Of a stretch of DNA of 64,000 nucleotides, positions 37,101 through 48,359 are shown in pieces. Source of the stretch: Macrostomum lignano (taxonomy: Eukaryota); contig NIVC01001071.1 in the NCBI GenBank assembly GCA_002269645.1, positions 124,001-188,000 of the forward strand. Direction: 5' to 3'. Below the pieces are notes generated by a model that had not been told where the DNA came from, made no database searches, and worked only from the letters and a program-made list of their open reading frames with translations. The position numbers were made by a program, and so were the translations under genes. Each line of letters opens with the position of its first letter. The first letter of the stretch is position 1.

Positions 37101-37870
37101 AGAGCCACCATGTCTAACATTAAAAAGCCACCATATCTAACATTAAAAAGCCACCATATCTAACATTAAAGAGCCACCATTTCAAACATATATATGACTT
37201 CATGTCAAACATTAAAGAGCCATCATGTCGAACATTAAAGAGCCACCATGTATAACATTAAAGAGCCACCATGTCTAACATTAAAGAGCCACCATGTCGA
37301 ACATTAAAGAGTCACCATGTCTAACATTAAAGAGCCACCATGTAAATTATAAAAAAGCCACCATGTCAAACATAAAAGAGCCGCCATGTCCAACACATAT
37401 GTGACTCCATGTCAAACATTAAAGAGCCACCATGTCAAACATAAAAGAGCCATCATGTCAAACATAAAAGAGCCATCATGTCTAACATTAAAGAGCCACC
37501 ATGTCTAACATTAAAAAGCCACCATGTCTAACATTAAAGAGCCACCATGTCTAACATTAAAGAGCCACCATGTCGATCATTAAAGAGCCACCATGTCAAA
37601 CATAAAAGAGCCATCATGTCAAACATTAAAGAGCCACCATGTCAAACATTAAAGAGCCACAATGTCAAACATAAAACAGCCACCATGTCAAACATAAAAG
37701 AGCCATCATGTCAAACATATATGTGACTCCCTGTCAAACAGTAAAGAGCCACCATGTCTAACATTAAAGAGCCACCAAGTCAAAAATAAAAGAGCCACTA
37801 TGTCAAACAATAAAGAGCCACCATGTAGAACATAAAAGAGCCACCATGTCAAACATTAAAGAGCCACCAT
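34105..37870. repeat. 23-bp satellite (aaacattaaagagccaccatgtc) x ~160, with a ~1543-bp higher-order duplication
   Basis: The monomer period is 23. Rare variants recur at +1543 (atcagacataaaatagcaac at 34831 and 36374; catgtcgaacataacagagac at 34621 and 36164). Confidence 0.97.
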
Positions 37871-37984
37871 AAAAGATACACAATTTCAAACGTAAAAGTA
37901 AGCGTCATGCCAATTTTAAAGGAGCCACTATAGAGCTAAGGAAATTGTTGCACTAGCTACTTATTGTATGGCGGATGCTACTAT

Positions 37985-38062
37985 TTGGGGATGCTTGCTA
38001 TCTGGGGGATGCTTGCAATCTGGGGGATACTTGCTATCTGGGGGATGCTTGCTGTCTTGGGA
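37985..38062. repeat. 20-bp repeat (gggggatgcttgctatct-like) x ~4
   Basis: Direct inspection. Confidence 0.8.
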
Positions 38063-38334
38063 TGATTTCTTTTTGCATTACACTTTATTTGAGCAGTTTG
38101 TCTGTCGTCTTTGTGAAGGCTTTATTTGGCTGTCTTTTTGTTACTTGTAGAGAACAGAAATTCTATCCAGATGTCCCCCAACGGGGGGCGAAGATTGCTA
38201 GTTTGTTTACTGTAAATTCAAATTTATTTACCAATTAATTATTTACTTTACCCTTTTATTGTATATGCAATTGTTCTAGGTCTAGTGACAGATTCGATTC
38301 TATCCAAGATAGAATTTTTAGGATGCATTCTATG

Positions 38335-38600
38335 CAGGGGCGTAGCAAGGGGGGTATTGGTATATCGGCCGATACCCCCAAATTTCCAAAGCAACATTTT
38401 TTTCCTTTTTTTCAGTTGCAATTGTGACCGTTAAGGAAGAGAAAGGTATCCAAATCGAAAGAATAACAATTAACAAACAAATAGAGTAATTATATGTATT
38501 ATGCATTAGAAATACATTAAGGGGATATGTGGATCTCAAGCCCTTGCTTTCTGATAACAGCTAACCGATACCCCCAAAAAAAATCCTGGCTACGCCCCTG
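38335..38600. mobile_element. 266-bp hAT-type MITE with 8-bp TSD
   Basis: TIRs caggggcgtagc/gctacgcccctg (12 bp perfect). Flanked on both sides by attctatg (38327-38334, 38601-38608). The subterminal motif ccgataccccca occurs twice. Confidence 0.9.
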
Positions 38601-41600
38601 ATTCTATGCCATGTATGCTGACAAAAACTTTTTCTTCAAGAGGTTTCGAAAAAACTTCAAGAGGTTTATGTATGCAGGTTGCAGGTGGCAGGTTGCAAGG
38701 TTTTTTGCAATTGCAAAAAAGGTTGTATGATTTCATTTGAAAATATAATTGTTATTGTTATATATTGGCCAGGATGGAATCTTTGCATGACAAGTTAGGA
38801 ACAAAAAGTTTTTCGCGCAAGTTTTTTTACTCATGAATGCGCAAGTTTTTTTTCCACTTGAATTTCTTAGCAATTTTTTTACAATTTTTTATTAAAGTTT
38901 AAATAAATCTTTAAAAAAATTATTCTTTTTTAGTTTATTGTAGTTCCAAGTAGCTTTGTTTTTAAATTTGCAATAACTTTGTTTTACTGTAACAAGTGCA
39001 ATATTTAAAATTTAAATGAAATTATGCAAGATTTCTTAGAATATTAAGCTATGCGCACATAAGCTTTTTAAAGTTGCGCAAGTTTGCTAGAAATGTGCGC
39101 GCAAGTGCGCAAGTTTTTGTTTGCATGCATGGAAGGTGTCTAGGATTTTGTACAAAATTCCATCCTGGCATATTGGTATCAAATTTTTTATGCATGAAAA
39201 ATGTTATTGCATTTAAAAGCAAAAATACTAGGTATTATACTAATAATAAAGAAAGGATTATACCATAGTCCAAATCATGTTGAGTGCATGCTAGAATGCT
39301 CTAAACCAATGCCTGCCAGTGCCAAGTAGATGCACACCAGTGCCAAGTAGATGCCCTATAGGAAAAAGTTGTAAAACCGCAGAAGGCGTCCAGCACACTT
39401 TTGAAGTTTTTTTAAAAGCATAGTGCGCACAGGCATGCAGCTTGCGCATGCTACCCTTTCCTGCTGGCTGCTGCTCTAGCAAAAATATATATACATGGAA
39501 AGGGGTCTAATACCTCTGTGGGAGGGGCCTATACACTCATAATTTATAAAGCTTATAAAGGTTCCAAAATTTCAATTTCATTTTCCAAAATTTAAAAAAA
39601 AGTTTGAAAAAATTTTAAAGTCAAAATTTTGGAAGTGTCTAAAAAAGTTACTAAAAATGAATTTCTGCTATATATACATTATTTTGCTTTGCATAAGCAG
39701 TAAATTGAAAGTAAAAAAGTGAATGTTGCTTATACTAAATTGCTCATTCTGAATTTTGATTTTGGAAAATTTCAATTTTGATTTTGACAAAATGGAACAT
39801 GTATCTAATAATCCTAAAGCGCAGTAAAATAGTTTGACTCTTTTCTAAAGGGTTTTCAACATTTTTTCCAATAGGGAATAGATGCATACTAGTTTTAGGC
39901 AAAAGCATGCCAAACTAATATGTTATAGAAAAAACACGCAAATTGTTACATTTAAAAAATGCACTTCAAAAAACTGTCTTTAATGTTTTTTAAAACTTTT
40001 GTAGCATGCAAATATACAATGTTTCTTTTTGGCACATTAAAATTTATTTGTCATTTTGTGATAAAATTAAGTATGAATTTGTCTTTATAGTTTACAATAC
40101 CATGTCTTTTCACAAACTTTTGTCTCAATAACACATGCCGCACTACTATGCTAGGCCACATTCTATTAGCATAGAGAATAAGATTTTTAAGGTAGGGGTA
40201 TTAATTAGAAATTGATTTTTATATCTTTTAGTATTTTTTCAAAAATGCAATAAAAGCATGGGTCAAAACCCAAGCATAGTTTAGATTGTGTATTAATGCT
40301 ACGAGTGTAGGTCTAATGCCAGTAAAAATTACAAGACCTCATTTGTATGCTAGGATTAAAAATGTGTCATTGACACAATGTTTCTACTGTCATGTATGCC
40401 AGGATATATACATTTATATATGCTGAAAGTATGCATGCAAGAATGTATGAAAGTTTGTATATGCTAGGAAATCCCAGTGTACATGTTGCCTTTAGAAATA
40501 TAGCATAGAAACTCTATTCAAGCTATATTCTATATCATTTTTAGTGCATACCAGAAAACTTGCTAGAAACTAATTTGCATGGTCAGAATGCTTGAAGCCA
40601 AATGCATATTGGAAAATTCTAGTATGAATAAATTCTAGTGTGAATGTCCCTAATTTAATCTTACAAAATGCCACCAAAGTTGTTGCAGGGCTTCTCTTCT
40701 GTCTCTATAAATGTCATATTGCTGCCACCAAGACTGTGTTCTATTATAAATTTATTATTCTAGAACAAGTCTGAGTAATATTCTTAGTATAGGTCTGGGT
40801 ATTTGTCTGAATTATTCTGAGTATTGATCTAAGTACTCATATTAGTTAAAACTCATAGGTAACATTCTTATTGTTATTCTAGTAGTGTTCTATTGTTATT
40901 CTGGCCTGAGTGATATATATTCTACTGGTATATGTATTGCATATACTTCTAGTCTTGGGTGTTGCCAAGATCAGAGGGTCATAGCCTCCAGTACCTTACT
41001 GTTAGGATCTACTTCATATTCTTCTACTCAATGCTTCTGCTTCTCAGTAGTATATATGGTATGCACCTCTTTCTATTTCACTTCTCTTAGCAAAATGACT
41101 TAACTCAGAAAACACTTCTTGAATATTTCTTGAAAAACTCACTATTATTTGCTCACTGATAATGCTTGCTTTGAGGCTCAACATGAGTCAAGAACATGCC
41201 TTTTCTTGCTCCAAAAACTTGTCTATTTATACTAACTTTCATGAAAATTTAAACAAAATAATAATTCAGATAAATATTTTGAAAAATACAAATAGCAAAA
41301 CAAAAAGTTTTTCTTAGATTTTGCACAAGTTTAAAACGCATACTATTATATGAATTTGTGCATAAAACAAGAGGGGCCTTCTACAATATCTTGATACTCA
41401 ACCTCAATTATGTACAATATGGTATTATATACATAGCAATAACTGCCCAATTTTTATTGCATATACATTCACAAAATCATATTGAGGTCTAACTATTTTG
41501 CTTGTTAAGTTAAAGAAATTTTACAATATTGAATTACAAAACAATTTTAAGTAAGTCAGCTTTATTGTTAATGAATTTTCTCAGCTTGTTTTTAATATTG

Positions 41601-42245
41601 ACAACTTTGACTTCTGTCAATTGTTTGTTATCAAAGATGTTGATAAATTAGGTATAACCCATTGTAGTGTGGATTGGCCTCTAGTGGTACAGGCATAGTC
41701 TAGTGCACTAGTGTAGTTTGGCATTGGCATGGGAAAAGGGGACATTTGGTGCAGTTCAGACCTTAGCTGCATACATACCATAAACAAAAAGAATGTCATT
41801 TGATGGCTAAGCCTTAGCTACATCTCTCCTTGCTTTGTCTGTCACTATATATTTCTATACTATAATATTATGCAGCAAATTTTTTTGCTATATCTCTTTG
41901 CTGCACTATGCCACACTTTTGTATTGTGCCACTACCTTGATACTAGTTGATTTTTACCAGATGTCATTTGCTGAAATGCCTATGCACTATAATTGGGGAT
42001 TTTTTGGGAACTACCTAGCTACAAAGCTGGTTAAACCTACCACTTAAGTATGCCATCATTATTAAAAATATAAAAAAGAAACAAATTGACCAAATATATT
42101 TTTCACTAATTAGATATTCCTATATTCTACACTTCAAATGATATCCATTTGCTAAGAAAAATCAAGTGCAAAAATCAATGCTAATCAAATTGCTCAACTG
42201 TCATGCTTCATTACAGCTTATTTTTTTAACTGAATTTATCTAATA

Positions 42246-44592
42246 ATGAGTGACAATGTCAAAGAGCAGATTTCTATTGATTTTCATCAGTCTGACCATG
42301 TAAGTAGTAGTTTATGCAAGGAACAATTTTTTAATCATTGATTTCTGTTGCATATCTCAAATTATCTAATAAGTGTAAATTTTAACCATTGTAAAGTCTA
42401 GGGCAATTGTAACATAATTAAATACATTTTCATACCTTGTTTCTTAAGATTATTGTGCTTAAATTTTAGGCCTCTTTACCTGTGGAAGGCATCTTGAGTA
42501 GTGCTAGTGTCGCCTCAACAGTGCAAAGCTCAAGTTCAATTAGCGCTAATATTGATGCAGAACCATCTACTATTGATGAGCCAGTTAGAGCCACAATATT
42601 GCGCGATGTGAAAGCTATTGGAAACAAGTTTTTACTAGTATTTGTGCCAAGATCCAGTCGCACTTTGATCAAAGACTGTAAGTTGCCTATTATATTTGGT
42701 GCAGGTCTATTTGTGAAGAATCATCACAAGCACTAATCCTGTTGTGCTGCTTTTACTCCAGGGGACCTGTGGGGGCCGCTAATCCTTTGCACAATTCTTG
42801 CACTGTAAGTATTTTTTAATTGTAACGATTTGTTCTGCTAATTAATTTCCTATGCAATTGGGAGGCATATTAGTCTGCGATGTACACTGTACATATCTTG
42901 AGTTAGTGCCTATGGCCTATAGCTTCAATATACATAAGTGGTGTACTTGTATTCTGTTTTGCTGGTTTTTTCTGGGGTTTTAGAAATCATAAAAGTCCCA
43001 AAAGTTAAAAAATAATAATTTGTGTCAAATGAAACAATAATTATAGAGAATGTGGAATGTGGAACTTTAACTAAATATTAGAATGCCAAATTTTATGTTG
43101 GTGAACTTGATGTGACATTAATCACACTGACACAAAAAACCTGAATGGCTGTGATGCCAACTGATGCAGAGTTTTATTTTGGCGTCGAAGTTTCAGTTAA
43201 TTCTGACAAAAGAAGCCTCATTGTACATGATTAGCAGTGCGGATCCGTAGAGGGCAGGGACTGACACTGTTGGCGTTGTCATACATTACCCGTTGAAAGC
43301 GTTACCGTGACAAGAATCGCTCAAGAATCATTGCAAACAGCTCACTAGTGACTCTGGACGACTCTTGTTGTAACTTTTTGACTCAAACAACTATAATGTG
43401 ACTATTGAGTCACGAATGCATCAAGTGAGTTGTAGAATCGTAAAGAGTTGCAAAAAGCCATCTAAGAGCTGGATTTTTTTTCGTCAAGATCGTTATGCCA
43501 TTTTTAATTTCGACATGCAACTTGCCGTTGATCGTAAAGTGCAAGTTGTAAGTCATGCAACTGTCACGACAAACAAGGTAATATTTGAACAAATTTAAAA
43601 GTAAAACTGAATTTTGGATTTGGCCATTTTTTAATTTCGACATGTCATGGCATGCTTATGACACAAAAAACCCAGTCTAAGAGTCGATGTGTTAGCGCTT
43701 TAGTTGACTAGACTAAATAGAGTTTTTATAATTGCGAAATGTGATTCTATTTTATAGAATAACGCAGATGCACTTTAGTTGCAACTCAGTGATTCCACAG
43801 CGACTCCAGCATTTCTCAAATACGACTACTGCCCCAGAGTTGCTTGCATCGCCCCAGTGTCATTTCAGAGTCGCAGACAATAAAACGCCTCAAATTGACA
43901 CTTGGGTGACTCTTTGGCGACTCTCGTCGTTTTAAAGTCGTATTGACTCACTTCCCTATTTAACCTGTGTTACCTGCAACGACTAAGGGACGCTTCTTGG
44001 GCTAGGTACGATTTTTATCGGGCTAGATCGGTATTGATTAACTTTGTTATTTCTTATTTCATTCTCTCTTTAAAGTCTGCTCCAAGGTCACAGCAGCAGC
44101 AGCAGCAGCGCAAGCCACGATGGTGGCCCACAGTTCGCCCAGGTGTTCATAATCTACTGGGCAGGCGCAGCTGCCGTGACTCTGAACGCTCAACTGCTCA
44201 GTCAGAGCAGCAGCCGGGGCAAAAAACCTGCGCCATCGCAAAGGCCGCCAGGCTTTCTGCAGTCCGTCTGCGTGCTGGGCTACTGCGTTCTGCCTCTGTT
44301 GTTAGCCTTGATTTTCAGTCAGCTAGCGGTTCTAGTGATTCCTAGCGGCGCTTTCTTAGTCAGTTTTATATTGCGCTGCCTGTTCACCGCGGCCAGTTTG
44401 GTCTGGTCAGTTTATTCAGCTTCTGTAGCATTTCTACCTGTGGCAGAGTCTGCAACAGCAGCAGCAGAAGCTGATGCCGCGTCAAATCCTCAACAGCGAG
44501 TGCTGTTTGCTAATCGCAGATTCCTGGTTGCGTATCCAATTGGTCTGTTTTACATTGTGCTCGCTTGGCTAGTTCTGTCGGGTTCGGGTTGA
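42246..44592 (+). CDS. YIPF6: YIP1-family Golgi membrane protein YIPF6, 4 exons
   Basis: Exons 42246-42299, 42470-42677, 42762-42804, 44076-44592, with consistent phases. Motifs: STIDEPVRATILRDVKAIGNKF, D|WDLWGPLILC, GGPQFAQVF, QSVCVLGYCVLPL, LVAYPIGLFY. Confidence 0.92.
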
Positions 44593-44984
44593 CTGCGGTT
44601 TTTTATTGTTGTAATTCTTCGGTCCAAATCGATTGAATTTAGAAATAACTTTTATACATTTTGATTCTTTTTGCTGCGATTTCGCTATGCATCAATATTT
44701 TTAATTTTGTTACCTATGCGAAGTATTTATGTATTGTGGAAGTTTTGTTTTAGTTTGATTCAATGGCAATCATTTACTGTTTTGATTTCGTAAACTGTTT
44801 TAGTAAAATTTGAACGATTAAGATTTTCTTTTTTTGTGATTTTATTATAACCTTAATAGTACATTTGGTCTTTGTTATTTGGCATTGGCCTAAACTTAAA
44901 AAATTCAATAAATTAGCAAGTCTATCGCAAGTGCTAGTCGCAAGTCTAATTATTACACTAATAATTACACTCCTCTCCGAGCTG

Positions 44985-45740
44985 ACTCACCTCACTCAGT
45001 TCAGTCCACAATGTACACTCCTATGCTATCCGAGCCAACCCCAATTCAACTGGATTTAATTCACGATGTACACTTCTACCCGATCCAACCCCATTTCACT
45101 CAGATCAATCCACAATGTACACTCCTACCCGAGCTAACCCTATTCCACTCTCAGTTCAATCCACAATGTTCACTCCTACCCGAGCCAACCCCATTCCACT
45201 CTCAGTTCAGTCCACAATGTTCACTCCTATCCGAGCCAACCCCACTTCAACTGGATTTAATCCACGATGTACACGTCTACCCGAGAAAACCCTACTCCAC
45301 CCTCAGTTCAATCCACAATGTTCACTCCTACCCGAGCCAACCCCAGTCCACTCTCAGTTTAGTCCACAATGTACACTCCTACCCGAGCCAACCCCATTCT
45401 TCTCTCAGATCTATCCCTAATGTACACTCCTACCCGAGCCAATCTTATTCCACTCCCAGTTCAGTCTACAATGTTCACTTCTATCCGAGCCAACCCCACT
45501 TCAACTGGATTTAATCCACGATGTACACGTCTACCCGAGCAAACCCTACTCCATTCTCAGTTTAATCCACAATGTACACTCCTACCCTAGCCAACCCCAT
45601 CCCACTCTCAGTTCAGTCCACAATGTACACTCCTACCCGAGCCAACCCCATTCCACTCTCAGTTCAGTCCACAATGTACACTCCTACCTGAGCCAACCCC
45701 ATCCCACTCTCAGATTAATTCACAATGTACACTTCTACCA
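44985..45740. repeat. 51-bp minisatellite (ctctcagttcagtccacaatgtacactcctacccgagccaaccccattcca)
   Basis: Lies between YIPF6 and the ankyrin gene; period 51 at 45605/45656. Confidence 0.92.
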
Positions 45741-45843
45741 GAGAGTTCTACACTAATGTCGTTTCATTAGTCAAAATGCACACCCCTTCTCTAAAGCCTA
45801 TCTCTACTCCTGCTCAAACGGAAGCCTAAACGTTGCTGTCACA

Positions 45844-47644
45844 ATGCTGTCAGCTATAGGCAGCGTCACAAATCGTCTACACGCGATGGCGGTGAGCCTG
45901 TCCTCCTGGGGCTCTAGTCGACCGTCCATACAGTCGCGTTATAATCCGTCCAATGCTTCCTCCTTGGCAACTATAAGCAATTCGGCTAGCACTAACGAAG
46001 AAGACGATGACAGTCTCGGCCCTCTAGAGGAGGCCTCGGTTGATCTTGAATTCTTAGTCTATAAGCTGCGACAATTGCCTGAACTGTCGGACGTTGGCGA
46101 GCGAGCCGCGGCCGAACGGGAGTTACGACGCCTCCTGCCTCGTCAATATAGAAGATTTCGCGAGCAGCTTAGTCCCGGCCTGCGCGGCTACACTCTACTG
46201 CAGTACGCTGTGCAATCCCGGAGTGAACTGCTTGTTGACGTCTTGTTAGACGCTGGCGCTGATATCAATGCGTCTGCGGCTGAATGCAGCGCACCGTTGC
46301 ACACGGCCTGCAGGCTTGGCTGCCTGCCTCTGTTCCGTCTGCTGCTGGCCAGAGGCGCTCGAGTTGACATCGCCTCGGCTGGTTGTTTTCCTTTGCCGCA
46401 CGGTGCTCAAGACGACGACGGAGATGGAGACAGCGATGCCGATGTTGAAGGTCGCGATACTTGTCGTCGAGTGTCGCACACATTCGGCGGCGGTGTCAGT
46501 ATTTTAGGCATTGGGCTCGGCGGCAAGAGCGCGTGCAGGTATGCGTTCTTGCACCCAGTTTTGATGCAAAAAAACGGAATGAAAAAATTTGAGAGCTCGT
46601 AAATGACAGCGTGTCGTTAACTGCCTTGGTGAAGAATGTACACAAGATTATACGTTGGCTCACCTATGCAGGCAATCTTTTCGGGAGGGAATTTCCTACG
46701 CGTTCAGATGTCTTAGTGACGGTGTGTCCTTTGGATGCAGGAGATGTCTTAGTGACGGTGTGTCCTTTGGATGCAGGAGATGTCTTAGTGACGGTGTGTC
46801 CTTTGGATGCAGGAGATGTCTTAGTGACGGTGTGTCCTTTGGATGCAGGAGATGTCTTAGTGACGGTGTGTCCTTTGAATGAAGGAGATGTCTTAGTGAC
46901 GGTGTGTCCTTTGGATGCAGGAGATGTCTTAGTGACGGTGTGTCCTTTGGATGCAGGAGATGTCTTAGTGACGGTGTGTCCTTTGGATGCAGGAGATGTC
47001 TTAGTGACGGTGTGTCCTTTGGATGCAGGAGATGTCTTAGTGACGGTGTGTCCTTTGGATGCAGGAGATGTCTTAGTGACGGTGTGTCCTTTGGATGCAG
47101 GAGATGTCTTAGTGACGGTGTGTCCTTTGAATGAAGGAGATGTCTTAGTGACGGTGTGTCCTTTGGATGCAGGAGATGTCTTAGTGACGGTGTGTCCTTT
47201 GGATGCAGATGTCTTAGTGACGATGTGTCCTTTGGATGCAGGAGATGTCTTTCTGGCTGGCTAATTTTTGTAGCCAATCAAGCACAGATGGGTTCAATTT
47301 GCAATATTCTTACAAAAAGCCTGCAGCTGTTTGACGTCAGTCTCGTATCGCTACGTCGCCCTATCCGCAGGTGTCGCGACCGACCCCAGCTGCCAGTCGA
47401 GCTGCTGCTCGAATCTGACCAATCAGACTGGCTCGAATTGCTACTTGACGAGCCCCTGGCAACGGCATGGCAACAACAAATGTCGATGCAGTCGCTGTTC
47501 ATTGCAGCGTGCCGAGCCGGTGCCTTCAACTGCGCCCGCCTGCTGCTGTCGAGGGCTGCCAGCGTCTCCGACAGGCTGCCGGAGCCTACGCCGACCTTCG
47601 CCATGCCAGCTTTTCCCGGCTTCTCTGGGTGCGAGGCCGCTTTT

Positions 47645-47683
<39 letters not shown>

Positions 47684-47761
47684 GCCCTGTCTGTCTGTCT
47701 GTCTGTCTGCCCTGTCTGTCTGTCTGTCTGTCTGTCTGCCCTGTCTGTCTGTCTGTCTGTG

Positions 47762-47812
<51 letters not shown>

Positions 47813-47885
47813 TTGTCTGTCTGTCTATTTGTCTGTCTGTCTGTCTGTCTGTCAGTCTGTCTGTCTGCTGTCTGCCCTGTCTGTG

Positions 47886-47937
<52 letters not shown>

Positions 47938-47974
47938 AGTCTGTCTGTCTGTCTGTCTGTCTGCCCTGTCTGTG

Positions 47975-48058
<84 letters not shown>

Positions 48059-48059
48059 A

Positions 48060-48121
<62 letters not shown>

Positions 48122-48194
48122 TTGTCTGTCTGTCTATTTGTCTGTCTGTCTGTCTGTCTGTCAGTCTGTCTGTCTGCTGTCTGCCCTGTCTGTG

Positions 48195-48257
<63 letters not shown>

Positions 48258-48264
48258 TTGTCTC

Positions 48265-48302
<38 letters not shown>

Positions 48303-48303
48303 A

Positions 48304-48359
<56 letters not shown>

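Noticed and set aside
34105-37870. CRISPR-like look of regular short repeats (also 52398-55295 and 27520-28190)
   Set aside because: The repeats are head-to-tail with no unique spacers, there are no cas genes, and the context is eukaryotic.
43300-43960. GACTC/GAGTC-rich stretch in YIPF6 intron 3 as a foldback element
   Set aside because: No continuous inverted arms, TIRs or TSD could be aligned by eye.
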